Below are positions 38,151-48,774 of a stretch of DNA of 64,000 nucleotides, one piece after another. A program made the translations under genes and the position numbers. The DNA comes from an uncultured Gammaproteobacteria bacterium (lineage in GTDB: Bacteria > Patescibacteriota > Microgenomatia > UBA8517). Every line of letters begins with the position of its first letter. Position 1 is the first letter of the stretch. The notes beneath the pieces were generated by a model. That model was given only the letters and a program-made list of their open reading frames with translations, was not told the DNA's origin and made no database searches. Where the stretch lies: NCBI GenBank assembly GCA_964502815.1, contig CAZCXV010000003.1, positions 4,694 to 68,693 on the forward strand, given 5' to 3'.

Positions 38151-38203
38151 TTGACGCCCCAGATTTAGTGTTGCATTATGACTTCGTACACTAATCCTAG
38201 TGT
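38151..38203 (+). promoter_or_regulatory. Sigma70 promoter overlapped by tandem NrdR boxes
   Basis: TTGACG-N17-CATTAT; boxes GCCCCAGATTTAGTGT (38156-38171) and ACACTAATCCTAGTGT (38188-38203), 32 bp apart, directly upstream of nrdR-nrdJ. Confidence 0.8.
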
Positions 38204-38219
38204 TTTTTGTTTTCATATT

Positions 38220-38678
38220 ATGAAATGTCCATTTTGTGCAGATGAAGAAAGCCAGGTTTTAGAGTCAAGGATAGTAGCTGATGGACACGAGATCAGAAGA
38301 CGAAGGCAATGCACTAAGTGCGAGAAGAGGTTTACAACTTATGAAGCAGTTAGAAATAATGCTTTGTGGGTTGTTAAAAAAGATGGCAAAAGAGAACCTT
38401 TTGACAGAGAAAAATTAAAACGAGGGATCTTAAGGTCCATCCAAAAGCGTCCAGTGTCTTTAGAGCTAGTTGAAGACATCGTCTTAGAGGTTGAAAGAGA
38501 ACTCTTGAGAAAAGAACATGAAGAGGTGGCCACTAAAACCATTGGCAATGCGGTTTTAAGAAGGCTCAAAAAGATCGACCGGGTGGCCTGGTTAAGGTTT
38601 GCCAGTGTTTACTTTGAATTTGAAGATTTGAGTGATTTTGAAAAACTTATTGAGGAAAATATAAAAATAAAAGATTAA
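38220..38678 (+). CDS. nrdR: Transcriptional repressor NrdR
   Basis: MKCPFC...SR...IRRRRQC..C..RFTTYE, ATP-cone VVKKDG.RE.F.REK, RFASVY. Confidence 0.97.
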   Translation: MKCPFCADEESQVLESRIVADGHEIRRRRQCTKCEKRFTTYEAVRNNALWVVKKDGKREPFDREKLKRGILRSIQKRPVSLELVEDIVLEVERELLRKEHEEVATKTIGNAVLRRLKKIDRVAWLRFASVYFEFEDLSDFEKLIEENIKIKD

Positions 38679-38683
38679 CTAAA

Positions 38684-41182
38684 ATGGAAATCCTACAAAT
38701 TACCAAAACAAATAGGAAACTAGCCAAAGGAAAATTAAAAAATGGCAATGGCCACTTAGATCCTAAAAAGGTTAATTGGGACGGGCTTGACTATGAACAA
38801 ATGATTTCTTTAGTAGGTAAACTAAGCGGACCAACACCCGCTCTTCCAGGGGATTTGCCTAAATATGACTGGACACCTCAAGCCTTGCGAGTACTGGCTG
38901 AAAGATATTTTTTGAAAGATGAAGACGGCAATATTTTAGAAGATACGGCTCAAATGTGTTGGCGCGTAGCTTGGGAACTAGCCAGAGCAGAAGTTAAATA
39001 CGGCAAAACTAGGGAAGAAATAGTTGCCTACGCCAAAGATTATTACAATCTAATGATCAAAAGGTGGTTTTTGCCAAATTCTCCAACCCTAATGAATGCT
39101 GGCAAAGGAAATGGTTTGCAATATAGTGCTTGCTATGTTCTTCCGGTGGAAGACTCTCTGCCTGGAATTTTTGACGGCATTAAATATCAGGCCATTGTCC
39201 ACCAAAGCGGTGGCGGAACGGGGTTTTCTTTTTCTAGACTTCGACCAGCAGGCGCCCGGGTCAAGTCGACAAGAGGAGTGGCTTCGGGGCCAGTTTCTTT
39301 TATGCGTATCTACAATGAAGCCACCCAACAAATAAAACAAGGGGGAATGAGGCGGGGAGCAAACATGGGAATATTGCGGGTAGACCATCCGGATGTTTTG
39401 GAATTTATCCATGCCAAGGATGATGGCGCAAGCGTCACAAACTTTAATATTTCGGTGACAGTGACAGACAAATTTATGGAAGCTCTGGCAAAAGGTGAGG
39501 ATTATGAACTTATTGCTCCGCATACTGGTGAAGTAACAGGCAAACTTTCTGCAAAAATGGTTTGGGATGAAATTGCCAAAGGGGCCTGGAAGACGGGAGA
39601 TCCGGGAGTAATCTTCATTGATAGAATAAATCAAGGACCAGGAAACCCAATCAGAAAAGAAGGTTGGCTGGTTGAAAGCACTAATCCTTGTGGTGAGCAA
39701 GAATTATATCCATTTGATGCATGTAACTTAGGAAGTATCTTCTTAACGTATTACGTAAAAGATGGGAAAGTAGATTGGGACAAACTAAAAGAAACCATCC
39801 ATATAGCAGTAAGGTTTTTAGACTCCGTTATTGAAATGAATCCTTTCCCTCTGTCGCAAATTGCCGACACTGTTAAAAAAATTAGAAGGATAGGTTTAGG
39901 TGTTGGCGGCTGGGCAGATATGTTGGTACAAATGGGAATTCCATATGATTCCGAAGAGGCATTAACCTTGGCTGGAAAAATTATGAAGTTTATTAATCAA
40001 GAAGGACACAAAGCAAGTCAGGATTTGGCCCGCGAAAGGGGTCCTTTCCCAATGTATAAAGATAGCATCTACAAAAACACTCCCATGAGAAACTGTACAG
40101 TTACCACAATTGCCCCAACTGGTTCAATAGGAATATTGGCAGGAGCATCGGGAGGGGTAGAACCAAAGTTTGCCATTGCCTATCAGCACATTGTTAAATC
40201 TGAAAATAGAACACTTACCTTTGTCGATGAACTTTTCGAGAGCATGGCCAAAGAAAAGGGGATTTGGAATGAAGATTTGAAGAAAAAGCTTGCAGAACAT
40301 GGAACAGTCCATGATATTGCTGAAGTTCCAGAGAATATAAAGCGGGTCTGGGTGACCGCCCATGAAATCCATCCTGATTGGCATGTAAAGATGCAAGCAG
40401 CGTTTCAAAAATACACCGATAATTCTGTAAGTAAAACTATTAATATGTCAAATAGCGCGACAGTTGAAGACATTCAAAAAGCCTATATGTTGGCTTGGGA
40501 GACTGGTTGTGATGGAATCACTGTTTTTAGAGATGGCTGCAAAAATGAGCAAGTGTTAAATGTTGGTACTAAAAGTGAAGAGTTGTCTACAGCAAAGAAA
40601 AAAGAAGAGGAAAAACTTCAGATGCTCACTGAACCAGTAAAAGAAAGGCCAATGAGGGTAACGGGGGCAACCTACAGGGTAGATACGCCAGTAGGTATTG
40701 CTTTCATTACTGTTAATGAAGATGAAAATGGCCATCCTTTGGAACTATTCGTAAACGTAGGAAAAGCAGGAAGCGATGTGACTGCTATGGCTGAAGCCTT
40801 GGGAAGAACTATTTCTACTTCACTTAGATTTAGAGGAGGACTTTCTGCAAAGGATAGAATTGAAGAAATTGCCAGACAGCTTGCAGGTATTGGGGGAAGA
40901 AGATCGGTAGGTTTTGGCCCTAATAGAATTCTCTCTCTTCCAGATGCTGTTGCCTATGCGCTCTCGGTTCATTTTGGATTCTTAATCAATGGTTGGAACA
41001 AGCAGTCAAAAAACCAACAATTGGCAATTGATGGCGTAAGTGTTTCAACCGACAAGGTAGTTACCTCAAGCGTAGCTCCTGCAAAAAAATTAGGAGACAT
41101 TTGTCCAAAATGTGGTGAGGCAGCCTTTATTTTTGAAGAAGGTTGCAAAAAATGCTACTCCTGTGGACATAGTGAATGCTAA
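38684..41182 (+). CDS. nrdJ: Class II (adenosylcobalamin-dependent) ribonucleotide reductase with C-terminal TSCPD/zinc-ribbon region
   Basis: PNSPTLMNAG, SACYV, TNPCGEQ, CNLGSI, TIAPTG, CPKCG...CKKCYSCGHSEC. Confidence 0.95.
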   Translation: MEILQITKTNRKLAKGKLKNGNGHLDPKKVNWDGLDYEQMISLVGKLSGPTPALPGDLPKYDWTPQALRVLAERYFLKDEDGNILEDTAQMCWRVAWELARAEVKYGKTREEIVAYAKDYYNLMIKRWFLPNSPTLMNAGKGNGLQYSACYVLPVEDSLPGIFDGIKYQAIVHQSGGGTGFSFSRLRPAGARVKSTRGVASGPVSFMRIYNEATQQIKQGGMRRGANMGILRVDHPDVLEFIHAKDDGASVTNFNISVTVTDKFMEALAKGEDYELIAPHTGEVTGKLSAKMVWDEIAKGAWKTGDPGVIFIDRINQGPGNPIRKEGWLVESTNPCGEQELYPFDACNLGSIFLTYYVKDGKVDWDKLKETIHIAVRFLDSVIEMNPFPLSQIADTVKKIRRIGLGVGGWADMLVQMGIPYDSEEALTLAGKIMKFINQEGHKASQDLARERGPFPMYKDSIYKNTPMRNCTVTTIAPTGSIGILAGASGGVEPKFAIAYQHIVKSENRTLTFVDELFESMAKEKGIWNEDLKKKLAEHGTVHDIAEVPENIKRVWVTAHEIHPDWHVKMQAAFQKYTDNSVSKTINMSNSATVEDIQKAYMLAWETGCDGITVFRDGCKNEQVLNVGTKSEELSTAKKKEEEKLQMLTEPVKERPMRVTGATYRVDTPVGIAFITVNEDENGHPLELFVNVGKAGSDVTAMAEALGRTISTSLRFRGGLSAKDRIEEIARQLAGIGGRRSVGFGPNRILSLPDAVAYALSVHFGFLINGWNKQSKNQQLAIDGVSVSTDKVVTSSVAPAKKLGDICPKCGEAAFIFEEGCKKCYSCGHSEC

Positions 41183-42018
41183 CCTTTGATTAGTTTTTTA
41201 TCTTCAGGCTCTTTCAAATAGTTATGGCTGGTTGAAACTTTTTTGCCGCTTTTTACTTCGAGCTCTCGTCTAGCGTTTCCGGCAACATCTCCACCTTCTT
41301 TGGCTGCTTTTTTGTTTTCAACAAAACCTTGCACATCTTTGCCTTTGGCAATTTCAGTAGTTGAAGCTTCTCCAAGCATGGAAAAGATTAGTTCGAGTTC
41401 ATTCATGTGATCTCTCAAGTTTTGCCTTTTTAAACCTTTAAAACCTTTGTATTCACTTGGAGTCATGCCGAAAGTTGCATTTGATATCTCTGCAGTAAGG
41501 ATGGCGTATTCCTTCTCTCCTCCGACGTCTCTATTTTTCCATTCTCCAGTTAGTGTTTCTCTAACTTGTATTCCTCGTAATCTTTTGTCAATCCAAGAAT
41601 CAGAATAGCCTTTGGCTTTGTAGAGAGCCCACATTCTTTTTGATGCCAGTTCAGGATCTTCAATTTCCTGTACTCTTTCATAGCCTACTTTAGCCAGCCA
41701 TCTTTTAAATGGTTCTGCTTTTGGAGAGGGAATTGATTGGATTATTCTAAAGATGTTCTCTGTATTAGCACAATTTACTTTTTGAATTCCACCTGGAGTT
41801 AATATTGAAAGGGGGGTGGCAATTTGCCTCCACCCTTTAGAAAGTTGTTCATCTCGTCTACGCATATCCTTAATATAACCTTCAGGTTGTATTGAATCTG
41901 TAAGTGCTAAAACAACATCTGCAATTACAAACCACCATTCGTTGTTATGAATTATTTTTCTAATTTCTTTATCTCTAAAAATTGCTAATTTTGTCTGCAT
42001 TTCTAAATCTTCATTCAT
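41179..42018 (-). CDS. Bro-N domain protein (phage antirepressor-like), paralog of 11066-11905
   Basis: EWWFVIADV, RIIQSIPSPKAEPFKRWLAKVGYERV, LRDHM.ELEL. Confidence 0.85.
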   Translation of the reverse strand: MNEDLEMQTKLAIFRDKEIRKIIHNNEWWFVIADVVLALTDSIQPEGYIKDMRRRDEQLSKGWRQIATPLSILTPGGIQKVNCANTENIFRIIQSIPSPKAEPFKRWLAKVGYERVQEIEDPELASKRMWALYKAKGYSDSWIDKRLRGIQVRETLTGEWKNRDVGGEKEYAILTAEISNATFGMTPSEYKGFKGLKRQNLRDHMNELELIFSMLGEASTTEIAKGKDVQGFVENKKAAKEGGDVAGNARRELEVKSGKKVSTSHNYLKEPEDKKLIKG

Positions 42019-42097
42019 ATTATTCTATCTATACTAGATTATGAAAAGTACATTGTCAAAAAGTGGGGATGTCCGTTTTTATGATATATTTCCTTTA

Positions 42098-42652
42098 GTG
42101 TCAGTATATACAAAAACAGGTGACAAAGGAGAGACTGGACTTGTAAGTTCGGATCCTAAAAAACCCGTTAGGGTCTTAAAGTCGTCTGAAAAGATAGAGG
42201 TAATAGGAACAATCGATGAACTAAATAGTTTTCTTGGAATTGTTGTAAGTAACTTAGAAGACAAGAAATTGCATACAATTTTAAAAGAAATCCAAAGAAA
42301 TTTATTTACTATTGGAGCAATTATTGCAGGGTCTAAATTAAAGTTTTTGGCAAGTAAAACAAAAAAACTCGAAAAACAAATAGATGAATGGGAAAGAAGT
42401 CTCCCGATTCTCAACAATTTTATTTTATCAGGAGGGTCAAAAGAGGGAGCCTTAGTTTTTTACGCTAGAGCACTTACTCGAAAATCAGAAAGAAGACTGG
42501 TTTTACTTTCTAAAACCGAAAAAGTGAATCCAGAAGTTCTTAAGTATTTTAATAGATTATCTGATTATTTATTTGTTTTGGTAAGATTTATAAACAGTTC
42601 GAAAAAGACTGCTGAAGATATTTGGAAGCCTCTCAAATCCTCTAAAAGATGA
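42098..42652 (+). CDS. ATP:cob(I)alamin adenosyltransferase, PduO type
   Basis: VYTKTGDKGET, GTIDELNS, RKSERR, NRLSDYLF; GTG 42098 chosen as start. Confidence 0.92.
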   Translation: MSVYTKTGDKGETGLVSSDPKKPVRVLKSSEKIEVIGTIDELNSFLGIVVSNLEDKKLHTILKEIQRNLFTIGAIIAGSKLKFLASKTKKLEKQIDEWERSLPILNNFILSGGSKEGALVFYARALTRKSERRLVLLSKTEKVNPEVLKYFNRLSDYLFVLVRFINSSKKTAEDIWKPLKSSKR

Positions 42653-42665
42653 TACAATCTTAGGT

Positions 42666-43013
42666 ATGTTCTCTGAGAGAGAAAAGAAGCCAAGTGTGCC
42701 TGAAGGAGTTAGAGAAGTGCCTCAAGATTTATCTTTACCTGAAAATATCGAGGCTAAAGATAATGGCATTCAATCTGTCCCTTCTCAGTTTTCTGCGCAA
42801 GTAATGGATGGAGGTCAACCTTTAATTCAAACATCTCAAAATCAAACTGTAACTATAACTCTGCCTGCAGATCCGCAAACCATTGCCGACAATGCTAAAA
42901 AAGGCAATATAGTTGATGCGGCAACCTGGTTTTTTGCCTTTTGGGCGAGAGCTTTTAAAAAGGCAATACATTTTGGTTGGCAAATTATAGCTAAACCGGA
43001 AACCGGAAATTAA
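42666..43013 (+). CDS. Hypothetical protein
   Basis: ORF preceded by a -10 box and 6 nt upstream of the ATPase gene. Confidence 0.65.
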   Translation: MFSEREKKPSVPEGVREVPQDLSLPENIEAKDNGIQSVPSQFSAQVMDGGQPLIQTSQNQTVTITLPADPQTIADNAKKGNIVDAATWFFAFWARAFKKAIHFGWQIIAKPETGN

Positions 43014-43019
43014 AAAAAT

Positions 43020-45365
43020 ATGTATCAGGAAAGTACAGACGTTAATTTTTCAGCAATATTAATTGGCCTAATATTATTGGGTTTTTTGGTAGTTGCAATT
43101 GCCCTTTTGGGCTATGTTGCCTATATCTTTTATAAAAACAGAAAAAGGGAAGACCGGTCAATTGATTCAGTACTTCTACAGGTTGCAGTTCAGCGGTCTA
43201 ATGAAATAAAGATTGATGCCATGGAACAAATCTTTGCCGTTGTTTCTTCCCTGAAAAAAAGTGGTTGGAAACAAAAGTTTGATATCCAGCCAACAGTATC
43301 GTTTGAACTGGTGGCCCAGAAAGAAGACATTAGGTTTTTTGTCTGGATACCCAAAAAGTTTCAGGACCTGATTGAAAAAACAATTCACGGCGCTTATCCG
43401 GACGCCGAAATATTGGAAATTCCGGAATATAATATCTTTACCGAAGAAGGGAAAGTTGCCTACAAATCTCTGCAATTAAAGAAAGACAACTTCTATCCAA
43501 TCAGAGTTTACAAAGATATGCCGATTGATCCAATGAGCGCCATTACTTCAGCTTTGGCCAAAATGGGTGAGGGAGAAGCTGCTAGTATTCAATTTATTCT
43601 CTCTCCGACCCAAATTTCTTGGCAGAAAGCAGGTAAGGATTTTATTTCTTCGACTAAAAAGAGTGAATCGGATCCCGAAAAAGCCAAATTTTCAACTCCC
43701 GCGAAAACTTTAGAATCAGTTGAGCAAAAAATATCAAAACCCGGTTTTGAAGTTTCCATTAGAATGGTTGTAGTAGCAGGAAGTGAAGATGTTGCTAAAG
43801 CCCATTTAACCAATATCTCTGCCTCTTTTGAACAGTTTAATGGTGACTTAAACGGTTTTGGAGGAAGAACAGTTAAAAATAAAGGGGCTTTTATTGAAGA
43901 CTTTCTCTATAGGTATCAGCCAATGTTTAATTTCCAAAAAAATCACCCATCAGTTTTAAATATTGAAGAGTTGGCAACTGTTTTTCATTTTCCAAACAAA
44001 CAAATTTCCACCCCACACATTTTTTGGCTTAACGCCAAGAGTGCCCCTGCCCCGGCTGAAATCCCCAACGAAGGCCTATATTTGGGAATGAGTGACTTTA
44101 GGGGGATTCGAAGGCCAGTTTATATTACCGATGAAGATAGATTGAGGCATATGTATATCATTGGAAAAACAGGTGTTGGCAAAAGTGAACTTTTAACCGA
44201 CATGATGATGCAGGATATCAAAGCCGGCAAGGGAATTTGTTTTATCGATCCTCACGGCGATGCTGCCGAAAAACTCTTGGAACTGATTCCTCCCCAAAGA
44301 GCCGAAGATGTGATTTATTTTGATCCAGGAGACAGTGACAGGCCAATGGGAATAAATCTATTGGAAGCAAAAACTGAAGATCAAAAGCATTTTGTGGCAA
44401 CATCAATCATTAATCTGATGTATAAGCTTTTTGACCCTTATAAGACTGGCATTGTCGGTCCGCGTTTTGAGCATGGAGTTAGAAATGCAATTCTAACGGC
44501 TCTTGCAGTTCCTGGGAGTACTTTTATTGAAGTTATGAAACTACTGCAAAACCCTGGAGGGCCATATTTGCAAAGATATCTGGATGCTTTGGACGACCAG
44601 ATGGTTAGAGAATATTGGACAGAGCAGATTGCCCATACGTCAGAATTTCACAAGTCAGAAACGCTTGACTATACAGTTTCCAAGTTTGGCCGATTTGTGA
44701 CCAATAAAATGATTAGAAATATTATCGGCCAAACCCAATCGGCATTTAATTTTAGAGAGGTTATGGACAATCAAAAAATCTTAATTGTTAATTTGGCTAA
44801 AGGAAAATTGGGTGAGGAAAACTCCAACTTTCTAGGCCTAATATTAATTCCAAGAATCTTGATGGCAGCCCTTAGTAGGCAAGATACCCCAGAAAACGAA
44901 AGAAAAGATTTTTATTTATATGTTGATGAGTTCCAGAATTTTGCCACTCCAGATTTTGCCGTTATTCTTTCAGAAGCCAGAAAATATCATTTGGGCTTAA
45001 TTGTAGCCAATCAGTTTATAGGGCAAGTTGAAGAGGAAGTAAAAAATGCCATTTTTGGCAATGTGGGAACAAAAATGTCTTTTAGAATTGGCGTCTCTGA
45101 TGCAAGCTACATGGCCCATGAATTTGCCCCAACTTTTGCTGAGGATGATCTATTAAATATTGATAAATATCATGTTTATATTAATACCATTGTTAAAAAT
45201 GAACCCGTGCCATCTTTTTCGATGGATGTTACCAAAGATATGGAAGCTGAAAAAAAGCTTAGAAACCCTAGGGTGGGAGAAATAATTAAAGAAATGAGCC
45301 GGCTTAAATATGGCAAAGATGTCAGACTAGTGGACGCTGAAATCTCCAGAAGAAGTGGCTATTAA
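43020..45365 (+). CDS. VirD4/TraD/HerA-like membrane-anchored ATPase (type IV coupling-protein-like)
   Basis: RHMYIIGKTGVGKS (Walker A), IDPHGD, LYVDEFQNF (Walker B), LSEARKY, ANQ, GNVGT. Confidence 0.88.
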   Translation: MYQESTDVNFSAILIGLILLGFLVVAIALLGYVAYIFYKNRKREDRSIDSVLLQVAVQRSNEIKIDAMEQIFAVVSSLKKSGWKQKFDIQPTVSFELVAQKEDIRFFVWIPKKFQDLIEKTIHGAYPDAEILEIPEYNIFTEEGKVAYKSLQLKKDNFYPIRVYKDMPIDPMSAITSALAKMGEGEAASIQFILSPTQISWQKAGKDFISSTKKSESDPEKAKFSTPAKTLESVEQKISKPGFEVSIRMVVVAGSEDVAKAHLTNISASFEQFNGDLNGFGGRTVKNKGAFIEDFLYRYQPMFNFQKNHPSVLNIEELATVFHFPNKQISTPHIFWLNAKSAPAPAEIPNEGLYLGMSDFRGIRRPVYITDEDRLRHMYIIGKTGVGKSELLTDMMMQDIKAGKGICFIDPHGDAAEKLLELIPPQRAEDVIYFDPGDSDRPMGINLLEAKTEDQKHFVATSIINLMYKLFDPYKTGIVGPRFEHGVRNAILTALAVPGSTFIEVMKLLQNPGGPYLQRYLDALDDQMVREYWTEQIAHTSEFHKSETLDYTVSKFGRFVTNKMIRNIIGQTQSAFNFREVMDNQKILIVNLAKGKLGEENSNFLGLILIPRILMAALSRQDTPENERKDFYLYVDEFQNFATPDFAVILSEARKYHLGLIVANQFIGQVEEEVKNAIFGNVGTKMSFRIGVSDASYMAHEFAPTFAEDDLLNIDKYHVYINTIVKNEPVPSFSMDVTKDMEAEKKLRNPRVGEIIKEMSRLKYGKDVRLVDAEISRRSGY

Positions 45366-45369
45366 AAAT

Positions 45370-48300
45370 ATGACAGAACAAACTGCCCCAAAGGAAGAAA
45401 CTGCATTTATTAGCGATAATTTAAATAACTTTAATCGGCTAGCACAAACTTATACGTCCTTGCGGGATGTTGAGAAGGTCGACGGAGATCAAGTAAATGA
45501 AGTGTTGAGTGGACATCGTCGCCTTAAATATTACTTAGAAGCTGCGGATTTAGTTGACGGTGAAGGCAATATAGGAAAGAAATTATTTTTACCAATCGGT
45601 CAAAGTAGACATTTAGATGATGTTTTATGGGAAATAAAACATCCTTTATTAGAAAGAATTGACAGAGAGCTATATATGTTTGATGAAGAGGAAACCTTTG
45701 TTAATTCTTACGAACAAGCACTTGAAGAATACAAAACAGTAAGAACAATTAGGGTATATATTGAAGAAAACGCCAGGGATTCAGAACAAAAACGCCAAAT
45801 TTTAGCAAGTTTAGATGTGGCCGAGCGGGTTACTCAACTTGCAACTGTTGAGAAACTCCTTAATTGTGCCGACAAAGCCTTTATGCTTGATGCTGTTGCG
45901 AATTCTGATGTGCCATTGGTTGACAGGGAACTTGATATGTCAAAATGGGATGATCTTACTCAAGAAGAGAAACATGCTGGTGGCCTTTTAGTAAATTTGT
46001 ATACCATTGCAACTCTCAAAGCCGGAGTCAATATTAGACAAGCTTATGAAAATGCAACCCATCAACTGAAACAAGATGAACAAAAAGCAGCTGGTGTATT
46101 GGAGGAAAAACCTTTGGGTGATTATGAATTATATAAAGATTCTCAAGAAATTTTACCGAGACACTTTCATCAAAGACACCATAGAGATGAAGATGAAGAG
46201 TTTGAACATGGGTATGTAAGAAAAATTGCACATGATTATGAGTTTAATCAACAAGCGGTAGATTATGAATTTAAACATATTGCAATGGCCATTAGTGAAG
46301 GATTAGTGTCTTTAGATCCAACTGTTGGTGAGGTACAAAGGTTATATGATTTAGTTTTGCCTTATCTGTTTAGCGAAAACAGTTGGTATATCTCTATAAA
46401 TGCCTTAAGTACAATGCGCGATCCACGAGCCCTCTTTGTACTTTTAGACCAATTGCAACAAAGCCAGGAGTTAATGGGCGGCGAAAAACATGCAGAAGCG
46501 ATCGTCAATATAGCGAATAATCCTTTGTCTCCCAAGATTATGGATCAATATCTACAAACAGCCTCCGATGAGCAAAAATTTGCAGTAGAAATGGCTAACA
46601 ATCCGTTAGTTAGACAAATAGTTATGAAAGATAATTCCTCATCCCCCAATAGACTTTGGAATAGAAATGTCAGAGTTTTACCTGAACTACTTTTAGGTTC
46701 ACCAAAAAGGTTGGCAAATTTGAAGTTTATAGAAATTTATATAGATTATGCAAAACAAAAAGGCATCTCAGTTGATAAAAATGAATACTCAGATATGTTG
46801 AATACGCTAAATATGTATTCTGGAGAAGCGGCAATTAAGTTGTTTACAGCTAACCTAGATGAAATAGTACCTCTTTTAGCAAAGAAAGCTCATGAAATTG
46901 GCTTTGCCGATTGGGAAAACAATATGCCTGAGTTGTATAAAGCAGTTGTTGGATATAAGGATGGCACCGGTTTTGTTCTTGAATTAGCCCTGGCAATTGG
47001 TATTAGTACTGAGGCAGTTTCTAAATTAGAAGCACTATATCTATCAAAAGATTTAAGAGGGGGTGAACACTCCAAAAAAGAAATACTAAATGGCATAATT
47101 GTTTTTTTAGGTAAAAATGGTTCAAGTGAAACACTCGAAACAATTGTCTCAAAAATAAGTGGAACTAAAGAAGACCCAAAAAGAGTGAGAAGAATATTTA
47201 GAATGTTAACAACCTTAAATGATCTAGGTAGACTTGACTTATCTCACAGTGAAATGTTTGACGGAGGTTCTTTGGATGAAATTGCCAACACTATTCAAAA
47301 TAAATTGGCTGAGGTTGTTAAAGAGAAACTAAATTTAACTACTGAAAGCATTTCTCCAGAAAGATGGGATAAACTCTTTAGTGAGGGGTCTTTGGACATG
47401 GTCATGTCCTTATATGCTCAATATACTGAAAAAAGCAAAGACTCTGCTGCCTCACTAATTCTTGAAATTGGTAAACATATTGTTATCGGGGATTTTGCCG
47501 AGTGGAGAAATACTAATCCATTTTCAAAAGAAATTTTAGAATATTATCTACCTAACCCCAATCAGCAAATTGCCTGGCTTACTCCAATAGAACCTATTAA
47601 AAGATTATTCAAATTAAGTAGGGAAGAACAAATATTGGGTGTGGTTGGAGAAATTAACAGAATTGCAAGTGAAGCTAAATCTCATGCTGAAAAAATATTA
47701 AATGTTGGAGAAAAACCACTGAACTTTTTTTCAGAAGAAAATTTAACTCAGCTTGAAAAAAGAAGACAAATTGTAGAAACCCAAATTAAAAATTTTGAGG
47801 AGGGTGGAGGAATTTCCCTTAAAAACTTAAGACGAACGAAGGATCAATTAGACGACCAGTTACGAATTATAAATGGAATTCAGTATTTGTTGAATTTGTC
47901 AATTGAAGACTTTAATCAAGGCGGGATAAGAGATACGCTTAAGAAAACAATTAGTACCTTGATTCGAATGCAAAATCTACAACAATCTGCTGCTGATCTT
48001 CAGCAGATTGAAAAAACAATCTTGCCTACATTAAATAAAATTGTTACCGAAGTAGAAGTTACTGGCCAAGATACTGATGACTATATGTCTCTTTTTAAAG
48101 CTGGTATGGAGCCCAGAGAGACATGTCAGAGTGTCCGAAATGGTTCACATAATTATTGTCTACCAACAACTATTGCCACGCCAGATATTAGATTGGATAA
48201 TTCTAGAATTGGTTCTGTTGTAGAAAACAGAGCCTTATCAAAATTGAAAAAGATGAGTACAGAGTTAGTCTCAGACCAAACTGTTATTATGTTGGAACCA

Positions 48301-48636
48301 CCTTATGGTTTGTCAGAAACTCATCCAGGATATGTGGTTACTTTAGAAATTGCAATTAAAAAAGCTGAAAACGTAGGAGTACCGTTAGTTATTGCTCAAC
48401 CCATTGATATGGCTACTGGTGCTGATCACGCTACAACTATCTCACTTCTTGATATGGTTGCAAGAAACAATGGTGCTCGCGTAACTAGAGTAGGGAATGT
48501 AAACTTACATGGTAAAAAAGGCATTGGAGAATATGAATATAGTGATACTTTGGGTGAAACCATTGACTTTGATGTGCCAGTGGCAATGGAGGAAGTATAT
48601 GTTGTCTATCCACAAAACGTAGCCATGGTATTCTAA
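45370..48636 (+). CDS. Large hypothetical protein (about 1090 aa, helical)
   Basis: Long ORF without TM or signal peptide; HEAT-like AL..MRDPRAL; C-terminal DD...L..G.E...CQS...N..L. Confidence 0.7.
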   Translation: MTEQTAPKEETAFISDNLNNFNRLAQTYTSLRDVEKVDGDQVNEVLSGHRRLKYYLEAADLVDGEGNIGKKLFLPIGQSRHLDDVLWEIKHPLLERIDRELYMFDEEETFVNSYEQALEEYKTVRTIRVYIEENARDSEQKRQILASLDVAERVTQLATVEKLLNCADKAFMLDAVANSDVPLVDRELDMSKWDDLTQEEKHAGGLLVNLYTIATLKAGVNIRQAYENATHQLKQDEQKAAGVLEEKPLGDYELYKDSQEILPRHFHQRHHRDEDEEFEHGYVRKIAHDYEFNQQAVDYEFKHIAMAISEGLVSLDPTVGEVQRLYDLVLPYLFSENSWYISINALSTMRDPRALFVLLDQLQQSQELMGGEKHAEAIVNIANNPLSPKIMDQYLQTASDEQKFAVEMANNPLVRQIVMKDNSSSPNRLWNRNVRVLPELLLGSPKRLANLKFIEIYIDYAKQKGISVDKNEYSDMLNTLNMYSGEAAIKLFTANLDEIVPLLAKKAHEIGFADWENNMPELYKAVVGYKDGTGFVLELALAIGISTEAVSKLEALYLSKDLRGGEHSKKEILNGIIVFLGKNGSSETLETIVSKISGTKEDPKRVRRIFRMLTTLNDLGRLDLSHSEMFDGGSLDEIANTIQNKLAEVVKEKLNLTTESISPERWDKLFSEGSLDMVMSLYAQYTEKSKDSAASLILEIGKHIVIGDFAEWRNTNPFSKEILEYYLPNPNQQIAWLTPIEPIKRLFKLSREEQILGVVGEINRIASEAKSHAEKILNVGEKPLNFFSEENLTQLEKRRQIVETQIKNFEEGGGISLKNLRRTKDQLDDQLRIINGIQYLLNLSIEDFNQGGIRDTLKKTISTLIRMQNLQQSAADLQQIEKTILPTLNKIVTEVEVTGQDTDDYMSLFKAGMEPRETCQSVRNGSHNYCLPTTIATPDIRLDNSRIGSVVENRALSKLKKMSTELVSDQTVIMLEPPYGLSETHPGYVVTLEIAIKKAENVGVPLVIAQPIDMATGADHATTISLLDMVARNNGARVTRVGNVNLHGKKGIGEYEYSDTLGETIDFDVPVAMEEVYVVYPQNVAMVF

Positions 48637-48702
48637 ATTACTTTTTTTATCAAATCTCCAGAGAAAAACAAAAGTGAGTTTGCTATAATAGCTTCAGAAC
48701 TT

Positions 48703-48774
48703 GGGCCTGTCGTTCAACGGTTAGGACGGGTCTCTTATAAAGACCAAACGATAGTTCGACTCTATCCAGGCCCA
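48703..48774 (+). tRNA. tRNA-Ile(TAT), CCA not encoded
   Basis: GGGCCTG-TC-GTTCAACGGTTAGGAC-G-GGTCT-CTTATAA-AGACC-AAAC-GATAG-TTCGACT-CTATC-CAGGCCC-A. Confidence 0.93.
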
